DNA of 63,891 bases, filler included, from Reclinomonas americana ATCC 50394 (lineage: Eukaryota), in assembly GCA_048213135.1 (NCBI GenBank). It is 15 parts of 15 records of this genome, joined end to end, with 100 filler letters (N's around TTAATTAATTAA, not from the genome) between each part and the next. Parts side by side here need not be neighbours in the genome. Positions count along the whole stretch, not along the records: positions 1 to 5,098 come from AFZH01022162.1; positions 5,199 to 8,032 come from AFZH01022163.1; positions 8,133 to 15,183 come from AFZH01022164.1; 12 more parts are not named here. One strand, 5' to 3'. Of the stretch, positions 1 to 12,011 are shown in pieces. Made by a program: the position numbers and the translations under genes. Every line of letters begins with the position of its first letter. Positions within the stretch are counted from its first letter, which is position 1. Below the pieces are notes generated by a model. It worked only from the letters and a program-made list of their open reading frames with translations, had not been told where the DNA came from and searched no databases.

Positions 1-33
1 ACTGGTGGTGCCGGTGAGGCATCCACCGCCCTC

Positions 34-2493
34 ATGAGCGCCAGTGAACGCCGGCGTCCTGTAATGCATTCGTTTGTGTAGTGTGTGTGTGATGCGTGTG
101 GTGTGGAGAGTGCGACAGCGAGTGGCGTTGTTGGTGCTGCTGGCGGTGTGTGGCACGGTGGCGCTGGTGTATCGGAGTCATCAGCACAGCAGCAATGCAG
201 CTGCGAGTGAGAGAGTGGCAGTGGGCGCGCGATCGCTGTTAAACACTGGTGGTATGTATGCGCGCGTGTGCGCGCACGTGTGTGTTGTCCGCATTCATGC
301 TCAGGTGCGTGTGTGTGTGTGTGTGGTGGTACGTAGGCTGTGAAGAGGAATCGCACCCGTCGCCCGACCAGCCCATTTTCTGGATCTATGTGTGCCTGTG
401 CATTGCGCTGGTGCTGATTGCGGGATTGATGAGTGGTCTCACTCTCGGTCTCCTCTCGCTCGATCTGCGTGAGCTGGAGGTGCGGGTGGTAGTTGAAGAA
501 AATGCACCACACACACACTTTCTCTAAAGCCTCTCTTTTCCAGATGCTGAAACGAGTGGGAACGGCCGACGAGCGAAAGCACGCCAATCGTATCTTCCCG
601 GTGGTGAAGCGACACCACTGGCTCCTCGTCACTCTGCTGCTGTGCAATGCCGGTGCCATGGAGGCGCTGCCGATCTTCCTCGATCGCCTGCTGTCGCCCG
701 AGCTGGCCATTGTCATTTCGGTGACAGCGGTGTTGTTCTTTGGTGAGATCATTCCGCAGGCGCTGTGTTCACGCTACGGACTGGCGATTGGCTCGCGTCT
801 GGCGTGGATGGTGCTCGGCCTCATGTGGGTCTGCTCACCGATTGCGTACCCGATTGGCAAGCTGCTAGATTGCTTGCTCGGCCACTCCGATGTCACCTTC
901 TTCCGGTACACAACTCTCTCTCTCTCTCTCTATGCGCTGCGCATGCATTCTTTGCTCACCCGTTTGCTTGCAGTCGGCCACAGCTAAAGGAGTTCATCAG
1001 CATGCATTCTAACGTGGAGAATGGCGAAGGACCGCTCACCAAGGACGAGGTGACGATCATGCGCGGCGCGCTGGACATGCGAGAGAAGACTGTGCAGGAT
1101 TCCATGACGCCGGTGTGTCTCTGTCTCACCGTTGTGTATGTGCATGAGTGGCTCACCGCTCCCTGTGGCAGATCGAGCACGTCTACATGCTATCGTACGA
1201 TCGTGTGTTCGACGCGGAGGTGTGTCGTCGTCGTCGTTGTCACCACAAGGTGTGACCCTCGTCGCTCACGTGGTCCTCGGTGCAGATGCTGCGTGAAATC
1301 AAGCAGCACGGACACAGTCGAGTGCCCGTGTATCGCGGCAATCGCACACATGTGGTCGGCGTTCTGCTGGTACGTCGAGCCAAGATCGCATGCGCGACTA
1401 CGTGACGCAATTCCTCCTAACATGGATGCACAGACCAAGACGTTGGTGGGTGTGGATCCCGACGACGCGATTCCGTTGGCCCGCTGCGAGCTGCGCGAGC
1501 CGGTGTTTGTGGCCGCCTCCATGCCTCTGTTCGAGGTGCTGGACATTATGCAGACGGGCCGTGCGCATTTGGTGCTTGTCGTCAAGGGCACCGATTATCG
1601 CCCTCGCGCGGCGTTGCCGGTGGTGAGTCGTCGTGTCGTGTCGTGTCGCTGAACGCCCCTGCTTAGCGACAGGCGTTGTCTTTTCTCTTGGCGCAGGGTG
1701 CCTCAGCGTCGGCAGAGCCCGAGAAAAAGGCAGACAAGGATAGAGTCAAGGACGCGCCTGTGGTCGGCTCGCTGTCGCCCGTGAAGCGCACCAGCAGCGA
1801 CATTCACTCGGCCGAAGCCAACACCATTATCGGGATCATCACCCTGGAGGACATTGTGGAAGGTGGCGTTGCTTGTTTTTTTGATAGCGATTGTTGTTGA
1901 GTGCTCACTGTGTTGTTGTGCAGAACTCATTGGCGAAGAAATCGAGGACGAATTCGACGAGGTTCCGCAGAGTGTCCTGCTGACGAGTGGTTCATCCAGC
2001 GGCGGCGGCGTCGGTGGTGCCGCAGTGCGCCTGTCGGCGCTCCACACACGCCCTCGTTCCAGCAGCCGTTGCGCTCATTTTTCTTGGTGTTGCCCGCCAC
2101 TCCTGTGTTCGCATGCAAGACTGATCGCATCTTGTGAACAGAGCACCGAAACTCGGGACAGCGCAGCTTCTCGTCTGAGCGGCGTCGCGTCGATACCTTG
2201 GGAGTTGCGTCGTCTCGTGCAGTCGGCTGACTTTCGCCGCACACTGAATGCTCAGCATTGTCTCCCGTCCATCGTAGGCGGCGTCATCGAACGCCTCCGC
2301 GGGCAGTGAGAGCGGTGACGGCAGCAAACCGCACCCCCATCCGACACATCGAACCTTTGCGAGTGTGCCCATGACGACAACCACGACCACAACGACCACC
2401 GCCACTGCTGCCGCCGACGGCGCTGCGGGGGCACGTCGGAAACCCGTCGACGCAGTCAACCTGTTGGGCGGTCACAATCGGAGCAGCGACTGA
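34..2493 (+). CDS. CNNM/DUF21 + CBS-domain metal transport protein (multi-exon)
   Basis: Spliced exons give LVLIAGLMSGLTLGLLSLD, HWLLVTLLLCNAGAMEALPIFLD, FGEIIPQALCSRYGL, GALDMREKTV, GHSRVPVY, GIITLEDIVEELIGEEIEDE; GT-AG introns keep frame; start is inferred. Confidence 0.92.
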
Positions 2494-2569
2494 TTCGTGA
2501 GCAACAATCAAATCTGCATTCCTTCCTTCACCGTTACAATTAAACATTATTAAGGCTTGCCAGCATGCG

Positions 2570-4737
2570 CTACAAGAGACCACCGGACGCCGCCAACTCC
2601 ACCAATTCCGACTGTCCCGACGCCCACTGCTTCCACATCGGGCTGGTGGTGAATCGGGGAAAACTGTCGGCACGCAGTGTCCGGACAACGCTCTTGACAG
2701 CAGGGTCAAACAACTCCAAGTACGCGTGCGCCACCGCGTGCGCGTCGGGACCACTTGGTACGGGTGGATCGATCGCAAAGGCGCGACGCACCCGCACAAG
2801 GATACCACCGGAGAGATTGAGTTCGCTGAGGCCTGCATGATGTGCGCGGGCGACATAAGTGACGAGGGACTGCACTTGTGACGAGAACGTGGAGCACCGA
2901 CGCACCATTCTCCTTCATGAACTCGTCGTAGATAGCACGCGCCCTCGCGTGGACCTCAGCCACAGACACGGCATGAGTGGAAAACTGCAGCCAATGGTCA
3001 TGAGTGTTACAATCGACTGCGTTGAGGAAGAGTCGGCAGCACCTCTCGGAATGCATCGATCGCGTCCATGAACGTCAGGTTCTCCACGCTGCACCAGCAG
3101 TGGGTCAGACAAAGGGAATGTGAGTAGATGAGCACAAGCGCGGGAAGAGGAAGCACGGTGTTGCCCTCCCATCGCACCTGAACTCGCCAATGAGATATCT
3201 GTTAGTGAAATGCACACGGCAGCGCGGTGAGATACTGACAACCAGGATGACGAGAACCGCGGGTGTGTGCACGCAACTTGCAAAACAGTTGCCGAGCCTC
3301 CGCCACACCCATGACGTAGTCAAACTGCGCGACGGGGATGCTGACTAGACCGACGTCGAGATCGTTGGTGGAGGCGTCGTGGTGCCCCTTTCCGAGCAGT
3401 CGGCGGAAATAGCCAAGACCAAACAGCGGAAACGCCACTGGCAGGATGGCGTGCAGCATGAGCATGATGGGCAGCAGAATCATCAACGAAGTGTGCAGGC
3501 TGCCCGAGATAAAACTCTCGTACTCCACGCCAATCATCACGGTCGAGGCCACCGTGAACGGCATCGAGAAGCCGAACAGCACCAAGAGTCTACTCGCGGG
3601 TGGGTCAGCGGAGAATGAAAGAGGAACGAGGTGCAACATGTGCGTAACTCGAGGCGATTGGAGAACACGTCGCGAACGTGGCGGATCATGAATGCCAGCT
3701 GCCGGCACGATGAGCGACAGAGAGAGAGAGAGAGAGAATGCGATGGAAAGAGGGCGACACACCAACGCGTAAGAGACAGTGATCACCAAGTAGAGCGATG
3801 CACAAATGCCGGTGGCGATTTGTGCTGGCTTGAAGAGAGCGTTCCGATTGGCACACCAGGTGGCGATTTCCGCGTTTGTGGCCGACGGAAATGGCACCAC
3901 ATTCTACGTCGAGGTTAGTGGCGCGAGGCAAAGCCGGAGACCGGGAATTATGGACGCAACGATTCCAACTGAGGTGGTGTAGACATAAACCGTCAACATT
4001 ACGACAAAGAAGACGACGATGGCAAAGTGGATCAGCAAGAACCGCTTCTCTCTGACGAAATATGCAGTGAGCAAGAGGAGAGGTCACGATACAACACAAA
4101 TCGTCGTCACCACAGACCCCCATCGCTGTGCGAGACTACGTCGCGAGTTGAGTGGTGGCGGCGCGGTCGTGATCTTGCCGGCATTCGACAGAGACGCCTG
4201 GTCCGCAAGTTGCGAGCGCTCCTTTGACGCCTCAAACACAATCCACAGCCGCAGACTGCGCAAATCAGTCACACGATGAGCAGGAGGCAGGATGGAACAC
4301 TGTTAAGCTCAAGAGACTCACGCTCGCAGCTGCAAACGCAGAATGCAACAGTGAGCAGAATGCACACACACCGGCGCGGGAATGACAAGACGCACCGTAG
4401 GCACGATGAGCACGCACGGCAGCAGCACAATGTACATGATCGACGAGACCCACGCAGCCCTGATGGACACCAACACGCCAAACTCAGCCGCCAGAGCCAC
4501 ATCCATGGTGCCAAACGTGTTAATAGTCTCCACGAGCAGTGCGACAATGAGAAGCGCGTTCTGGAGAAGACAGGGAAGAGTCAGAATGAGAGTGTGACTG
4601 ACACATCATCATGAATATCACCTCCAGCCACAGCAGGTATCGTGACCGCGCGCGCATGATCTCCTGTTTGGCGAGAATCACATGCAGTACCGCGACAATG
4701 ACGACCAGTGCCAGGGATAATGGGTCGAGACTGTGTG

Positions 4738-4771
<34 letters not shown>

Positions 4772-4817
4772 TGATGCATGAGTGAATCATTGACTGCACG
4801 TAATGTTGACTGTGCTA

Positions 4818-4849
<32 letters not shown>

Positions 4850-4997
4850 TGTGTATGTGTGTGTGTGTGTGTGTGTGTGCAACGAACACTTGTCGAACAG
4901 CAATGCTCATGGTCGTTGTCTCTTGTGGATTCTGCACATAGGCGAGCACGAGGTTCCATATGGCGAGACAGTCGGCGTCAGGCGAGGAGCCACTCAT
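2570..4997 (-). CDS. 7TM-RGS protein (multi-pass N-terminus, C-terminal RGS domain)
   Basis: Hydrophobic exons (MRARSRYLL; IRHVRDVFSNRLE) followed by RGS motifs YLIGEFSVENLTF, ARAIYDEF, ELNLS, LFDPAVKSV..LRADSFPRFTTSPMW. Confidence 0.85.
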
Positions 4998-5098
4998 CTC
5001 ATTGTGTGTGTGTATGTCAACAAAGAAGAGAGACAGACTCGCGCGATCGCAGAAGTGACAGTTTTCGATCAATGACAGAGAAGGTGAGCTCTCGTGCA

Positions 5099-5198
5099 NN
5101 NNNNNNNNNNNNNNNNNNNNNNNNNNNNNNNNNNNNNNNNNNTTAATTAATTAANNNNNNNNNNNNNNNNNNNNNNNNNNNNNNNNNNNNNNNNNNNN
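5099..5198. other. Artificial assembly linker (N44-TTAATTAATTAA-N44)
   Basis: Same six-frame-stop linker also at 8033-8132, 15184-15283, 18699-18798, 23190-23289, 29530-29629, 32184-32283, 36258-36357, 39112-39211, 44216-44315, 48012-48111, 51671-51770, 53103-53202, 61066-61165. Confidence 0.99.
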
Positions 5199-7084
5199 GG
5201 GTGCGAAACATCAGGCGGGATGACGACACCGTTTGGCAGAGTGATTTGGTTGACTGCGACGCGTGCAGTCTCGGTGCCCGCCGGGTACATGCGAAGTGCT
5301 GCGTCGCGGTTGTGTCAAAAGTGGGAGAAGAACACCACGGGGTTGCGTTGAACACACAGCGCACTTTCGCGAATGGTCGCATCCAGGTATGGCATGTCGT
5401 TCCACACGGCGTCAAGCTTCTCCGTGATGCGCGGTGCCTCCACCGGTCCCTTGCCAAACACCTTCTCGATCTCGTCCAGCACCTGAGAGAAGCGTGAGGG
5501 CACAGCGGCGAAGACGAAGAGGAGGAAAGAATCGATGGTGTACCTTTTGCAGTGGCTCGGGATTCGTGGCGAGCGCATTCATCAAGAATGCCCTGCGAGG
5601 TTCCGCGATGTCAGCGACATGCAACGCACGCGTGTGAGAGAGGGCGAGAGACAGACGCACAGAGTCAACGCAGTGGTGTGGGTTCCACCGAATGCAAATG
5701 TCCACACATTGTCGCGGACCATGTCCACCGACAGACTGCGAGACGTGTTTAGCATGACAGACGGCGATTCGGATTGCAGTACTCTTCACGCAACGTTTCC
5801 TCCTCCTCGCCTCCCTCTGCCGTTGCTGCCTTCTTCTCTCGACTTGCCATGATGATGTTGTCGAGGAGATCGGGAGCGCGCTTTGTGCCAGTCTGACGCA
5901 GCGACTCGTACTCCTTGAATCGCTCTTCCACAATGCCTTCGATCACCTGCAAGCGAATGCCAATGGGTCATTCCGTGATACCTTATTCGCCTCAGTGCCA
6001 TGCGAACCTCGTGAACGCGATGCATCTTGGCATCGTACGTACGGCTCGTTTCCTGTACAGTTTGTGAGGCAAGTGGCAAGAATGCAGTGCAGTGTGTACA
6101 CACACAAAACAGCACCGTGGGGAAGTAGTTGTGCCACTGAATCATGTTGTAGTTGCGTCGCGCCATCTCAGAGCACCTGTTGCGCAGCAGTTAGATGCAC
6201 CCGATCACACACGCACTCACGACGAATCGCCACGTACAAGTAGTTCTGCGGCACATGCATGAACACAACTGTGAGCCATCACCTCGAACGAGCAAGGAGA
6301 AGAGCGCACGCAACAAAGTCATCAATCATCCAGTTGTACTCCTTTCCGGTGCCGACGCTGGTCATGCAGCGAATAATCGCGTCAAATGTCAGCCGCTGCA
6401 CCTCTGCGATCACAGTGAGTCAGTGGTGACTGCCGCGGTGGTGTAGATGGTTGTACACACCTCGCTGAAACTCGTACACCTTGCCGGTCTCCAGCGAGGC
6501 GATGAACTCGTCGGCCGAGGCTGCCATCTTGTCGGCCACACGATCCAAGTTGTGCTTCTCGAACGCCGGATTCAGCACACGACTGGCCGGGGGAGCATCG
6601 GTGAGTCGTCTCCCCTGTCGCCTGTACGCACATGCACACACATGCATGTACGTACCGAGTGCGTGCCCACTTCTTTCCCGTCTGCGTGAACACGGATCCA
6701 GAGCCGAGGAACCGCTGCACGCATGCACACTTGTCACGATCGAAAGCAGCAACATGACTGCATCAACATCGCAACGCACCGACAGCTCATTGAGCGACTC
6801 GGCCGGAGGACGATCCACGTCACGGTAGTTTCCCATCACTGGCTTCAGCAGTGCCGGATCCTGCAGGATGCACGCCAATGAGAGACATGAATGACAGGGA
6901 CAACTGGCGCAGCGAGTCCACACCGAGATGTAGATGGAGGGAATACCCGCCAGTGGCAACTTGAACACCGACCCGTACTTGAGGTGGAGCTCTCGCAGCC
7001 AGCGAAAGTGGTAACCTTGTGATGATCAACAGACAGCAGGATTGACTCTTCCGCAATGCAGTGGTCATTCACAATGCACACACG

Positions 7085-7115
<31 letters not shown>

Positions 7116-7322
7116 GTATCGAACCTCCGGCATAGTGCTGCAGAGGGGTCATTGAGTAGCTGTTGTTGATGGGTCCCGGCACAGCACTCAGCTGCTTCCA
7201 CAGGTTGGCGCCATGGACGAACTGCACACAAGGAGTGAATGAGCAGTCTCTCTCCCTCTCTCTGTCAGGGCAACAGCATTCACCCTCTTGCCGAGGCCGA
7301 CAAAGGCGTTCACAATGTCCAT
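5199..7322 (-). CDS. Cytochrome P450 (C-terminus and heme motif lost in gap)
   Basis: VPGP, LHLKYGSVFK, C-helix WARTRRVLNPAF, LTFDAI, DLLDNII, I-helix AFGGTHTT, MPYLDATIRE..LRMYP. Confidence 0.9.
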
Positions 7323-7386
7323 GAGAGTTCCGTCGTTCGTTGGTGAATGCGGGATGAGGACGGACTTCGCGGTCGGACTTTCACTT

Positions 7387-7990
7387 CTATTGCTGCTTGT
7401 GCTCTTCGGGGAACTCAAAGATCTCTGCAAATGCACGAGCCTCCGCGACGCAGTCGTTGACGGCGACGCCCAGGAAGCTGCTGCCAATGGCGCGAATACG
7501 AGGCGACATGTTCGTGAACTGTGAATACAAAAAAACGAGCACATTAACCAGCCAGGATCACATGCCGATCGGGACCAATCTCCCCCGTCCGCACCTCATT
7601 CCACAGACGGTCGACGCGCTGAACGTGGCCGACCAGCGGCTGATAGATGCAGTCACGAGGCCGCGAAACGAATGCGGCCGTGGGTGTGGCGGTGACGCCA
7701 ACGTGTCGCCGAAGTGCGTCGGTGGCAAGCGACAGCAGGCGCTCGTCGTCTTCGTTCACCAGGCCTGCACACGAGGGTGAATCGAGCAGTGCAATGACAT
7801 AGCTGCTGTCATCTCTCTCTTTCTTTTGCCCCCGCACCTGGCTCACGAGCGCCGCCCATCATCACCGTCAGTCGCGTGTGCTCCTCGATGCCGGCGACCG
7901 GGAACGAGTCCGAGTCGAACACCACTCCGAGAACGTGCTCGCGATTCGCCTTGGCCTCGACACTCGGAACCAGGTACCCGAAGCCGCGCA
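7387..7990 (-). CDS. PPOX: Protoporphyrinogen oxidase (HemY/PPOX), C-terminal part
   Basis: GFGYLVP, LGVVFDS, RLTVMMGG, CIYQPLVGH, GSSFLGVAVNDCV. Confidence 0.9.
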
Positions 7991-8132
7991 CTACACAACG
8001 GCGGTGAGCGACGGGCACACAGCGACGAGTGCNNNNNNNNNNNNNNNNNNNNNNNNNNNNNNNNNNNNNNNNNNNNTTAATTAATTAANNNNNNNNNNNN
8101 NNNNNNNNNNNNNNNNNNNNNNNNNNNNNNNN

Positions 8133-8494
8133 GGTGCCGGCAATTGACAAGGGGTGCGTTGTTGTTGTTGTCGTTGTGCCTTGTGTAGACCTCGCTGCGG
8201 CTGCGGCGTTCTCATTCTCTTGCGCAACAGAGACTTTGTGTTGGTGGACGGCTCGCTGTCGTACAGTACGTTTGTGGATGCGAAGAAGAACAAGAAGCGA
8301 ATGGCGCAAGTGACTGTGCGCTCGGCAAGTGCGTTTCCTTTTCTATGTCTGTTTTTCTCTCTCTCTCTGCACGCCGCGATTGACATCATGAGATGTGTGT
8401 GTGTGTGTCGTCAGGCAACATTAGCGTGCTGTCCAAGGGCTACGGGTTCGACGACGTGCCGATGGATGCCGGTGACGATGCGGGAGCACAGTGA
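8133..8494 (+). CDS. Single-stranded DNA-binding protein (probably mitochondrial), C-terminal part
   Basis: Spliced IDKGDFVLVDGSLSYSTFVD..KRMAQVTV..NISVL fits the second half of an SSB OB-fold; acidic tail. Confidence 0.65.
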
Positions 8495-8989
8495 GAGATG
8501 GACGGGGGCAACAGCGTGGCGTGGCCAGCGAGCTGGTGGGGGTCTTGGCACACACAGTGCAGTACATTCTAAGTGTTGTCATCGGGTGGGAACAAGGTGC
8601 TTGACAGTGGTGCAGGGAAGCAGCGATTCGGATCAATTGTGTAGGTCGGGAGGCGGAAAATGGAAAGCCTGCTTTCGAAGGTGGAATAGGGAGAAGCAGC
8701 ACTGTGCTATAGCCACTCGGCTTCGTTGGGGTGCACAGGAGAAGGGCGACGATCACTCATGATCAATTGCAATCAATCCGTTCCAATACTGGCCATACAG
8801 CGACGAGACTTCAGCAGGTTCGACTGCGGTCTCATGTGCACGAGGAGCACTTGGTCCTACTTGCAGTTGCCTTCTCCGCCTGCACCATCCTGCACCTTCT
8901 GTTGTTTTCATGCAATCGGACATTTTGCGATGAGTCAGCAGGCACGCGCTGCGTTGTTCTTTCGCATCCAATCAACACTCTTTGCGTCG

Positions 8990-10319
8990 ATGGGCGGTGG
9001 CGCAAGCAAAGGTGCGTTTCTCTCTCCACCCTCTTCCCTCAGACACGCACACGCACTTGTACACACCTCACACTCCGCGCGCGTGTGTGTGAGCGTTACT
9101 GATGCGCGTGAATCACACAGGCGGCCAGCCCGTTGACAACAACAGCGGCGGCGGCAAGTCCAACGCGCCGCGACAGGGTGCCCCAGGTGAGAGCACACTC
9201 TCTTCACACAGAATACGCAGACACACGCGCACACGCAATCTCACAGTCTGTGTGAGAAAGTGAGTCGGTTGATACGATCCAATCAGCGTGCCACTCACAC
9301 TGAGCGCGCGCACACACACAGGAGGCGACTCGAGTGACTCACACGCTCACTCTCCGGGTGGGCAAGCGCGCTCACCACACGCCGCTGGCAAGAAGAGTGG
9401 TGGTGGGGATGACGATGACGATGATGATGATGATGATGATGCAGCAGCGAATGGGAGCTGGAGACCCGACGATGGACCGCCTTCATGGCAGAACCCGCGT
9501 TCACACCCACTACGACCAACACCAGCCGGGCAGCAACAACAGCAACCACCACCACAACAATCACAGCATCAGCAGCAGCAGCAGCATCCACAGCTGCCGA
9601 GTCGTCATCCAGTGGCCATCATGGACGATGGTTCCATGTCGACGCCGAAGCAGGGTAATGGGAAGCGATCGGGCGATGTGTTGAGTCCGACGACGGCGAC
9701 GGAGATGCAACGCTTGCGGGAGGAGTTGTCGGGGTTGGGTGGTGGATTGCGCGTGCAGCACGAGCCGCTGCTCGACACTCCGTCGCCCAACATGGGCCAC
9801 CATCATGCGTCGCCGTTTGGGGGCTCTACGGGAGTGTCGCCGACACGTGTGCGACCGGATGATGATGCGGATTATGGTGCGAGGATGCGGTCACAGTCGA
9901 CCGATCCACCACGCACTCGCCAGCAACTGCAGCACCAACAGCAGATTCTCCAGCAGCAGCAGCAGCAGTACTATGGTGGATCATCGTCGGCCTCGGAGAA
10001 GCGCAGTGTGCCGGTGACACAGGTACCGGAGAACGTGAAGCGGGCGACGGCACACCTGGAGGCCACGCACCTTCCGGCGTGGAAGGTGGAGCTGATGCAA
10101 CAATTCGACAACTCCAAATTCCGCGCCGCCAACGCCGCCTCCACCCACTCAAGCAATGTGGGACCTGCGGCAGCAGCGCGAGGCGGACCCGTGAGCGGTG
10201 CGGCGGCACCCCTGTACACCTATTCAACGTACGGCTCCGACGTTAGAACCAAGGAGATTCCAGTGGTGATGCCGGTGGCCGAGGACTCTGTTAGTGGTGC
10301 GTGCGACAACTGAGGATGC

Positions 10320-10353
<34 letters not shown>

Positions 10354-10532
10354 GAGATCTCACACCCCTATGCACAGATTACTCACGGCTAATGGCGCCG
10401 TCGCCGCCAGGTCGGCATGCGCTGCGCTCTCACGAGCCAGTGTCGCCGGGCATGAGTCCACCGGTATCCTTCAACCGCGACGACGAGCTTCTGATGGCTT
10501 CCATCCTCAAGAGTAGAACAACTGTACAGTGA
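8990..10532 (+). CDS. N-myristoylated low-complexity protein (cystin-like termini)
   Basis: MGGGASK first exon, long Q/P/D-rich exon, last exon PVSFNRDDELLMASIL. Confidence 0.7.
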
Positions 10533-10590
10533 CACAAATGCGGGGGTGGAAAGAGAGAGAGAGGGAGAGCAGCGGGGAATGTAAGGTCTT

Positions 10591-10863
10591 ATGTTTGCAA
10601 CAAGCCAAGGTCCGTCCTTGAAGGACAACTCTCGTTTTTCGAGCATGTTGGAGGGCGAAGAAGACGTGGAGAGCGATACTCCGTTCCCGCCCATTGTGCT
10701 GGAGCCAGAGGTGCGAGGGGAGTGAGGGAGTGAGTGAGTGAGTAAGGAGAGAGAATGCTCACTTGTGCACACACGACAGCGATCTGCTCCTCGTGCCACC
10801 ATCATCTTCCTGCACGGCATGGGATGTGCACCGCGACTGTACCAGACACGACTGACAGGTGCA

Positions 10864-10959
<96 letters not shown>

Positions 10960-11878
10960 TCCCTCTCCCACTCTCTGCGTCTCTCACACTCGTGACAGCA
11001 TCACTGGTTGACCATGGATTTCGTCTGTTGCTCCCGCGTGCTCCCTCGGGCGATCACTCTGCGTGGTATAGGTGTGTGAGAGAGACACTCACGCATAGGC
11101 ACCCTTTCCCACTCCCTCACACGCGCACTGCCAGCTTCTTGTCTCTGGATCGCCGACAAGACGAGCCTGTTGCGTCGTGTGCGCTCCTTTCCCGCTCAGT
11201 CTTCTCTGTTCGACTCACTCGCTGATCGCCAGTGCGAGGGCAGAGATCGCTCGCGACAAGTGGTCGAGGATCTGTTGCAAGCAGAGGCCGAGGCGCGTCC
11301 GGGAGTGCCGATCTTTCTCGGCGGTCACTCACAAGGTGGCGCCATGGTGAGTCGCCTTCTCGCACCCTGCAGAAGTTGCGAGTGCTGATGAGTGGTGCAG
11401 GCTCTGTACTCGGGACTGCACTGGCCACACAGTCCACGACACATTGTTGGCATCTTTTGCATGTCGGGCTACGTGCCGATGGTCACCAACGCTGCAGAAG
11501 ACAGGGTACTCCTCCTCCTTCTCTCTTTCTCTCCTTCTCTATTGCTGAGGCTCTCTGCGTTGCAGGCTGTGGACGGCTTCGAGGTGCAGCACACCGACAT
11601 TCCGGTTTTCATGATGCACGGTGAGGAGGACACCAATGTGCTACCGGTGTGGGCGCAAGCGGGCGCCGAGTACCTGCGGGCAGCTGGCGTCGCCGAAGTG
11701 AAGCTGCGAATGTGGCCCGAGGTCGGTACTCTCTCTTTGAGTTTGTGCGTGCTGCGTGTGCGTTTCCACTCACACCATGCTGCGTGCCGTGCAGGAGGGC
11801 CACTGGGTGTGGGACGATGAACTCACCGCACTGCGGCGATGGATCCTCGACAAACTCGATGGCGGCGAGGCGCAGTGA
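10591..11878 (+). CDS. Acyl-protein thioesterase / phospholipase-carboxylesterase (alpha/beta hydrolase)
   Basis: TIIFLHGMG, LPRAP..AWY, nucleophile GGHSQGG, CMSGY, PVFMMHGEED, GH catalytic His. Confidence 0.9.
10869..10958. repeat. (GT)n microsatellite, intronic
   Basis: About 45 GT units; similar GT/CA/GA tracts at 4833-4879, 39034-39111, 44569-44616, 51549-51670. Confidence 0.97.
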
Positions 11879-12011
11879 CAGCCAGGCACCCGTGGTATGA
11901 TGTATGTTTGGTAGTGAAGTACACAACACTCGCGGCGCGATTCATTTACGTTGCAAGAGCAGTATTGTATGTACATGGCGTCCTCTTGCCAAGCGCACGC
12001 GTGTCACAGAG

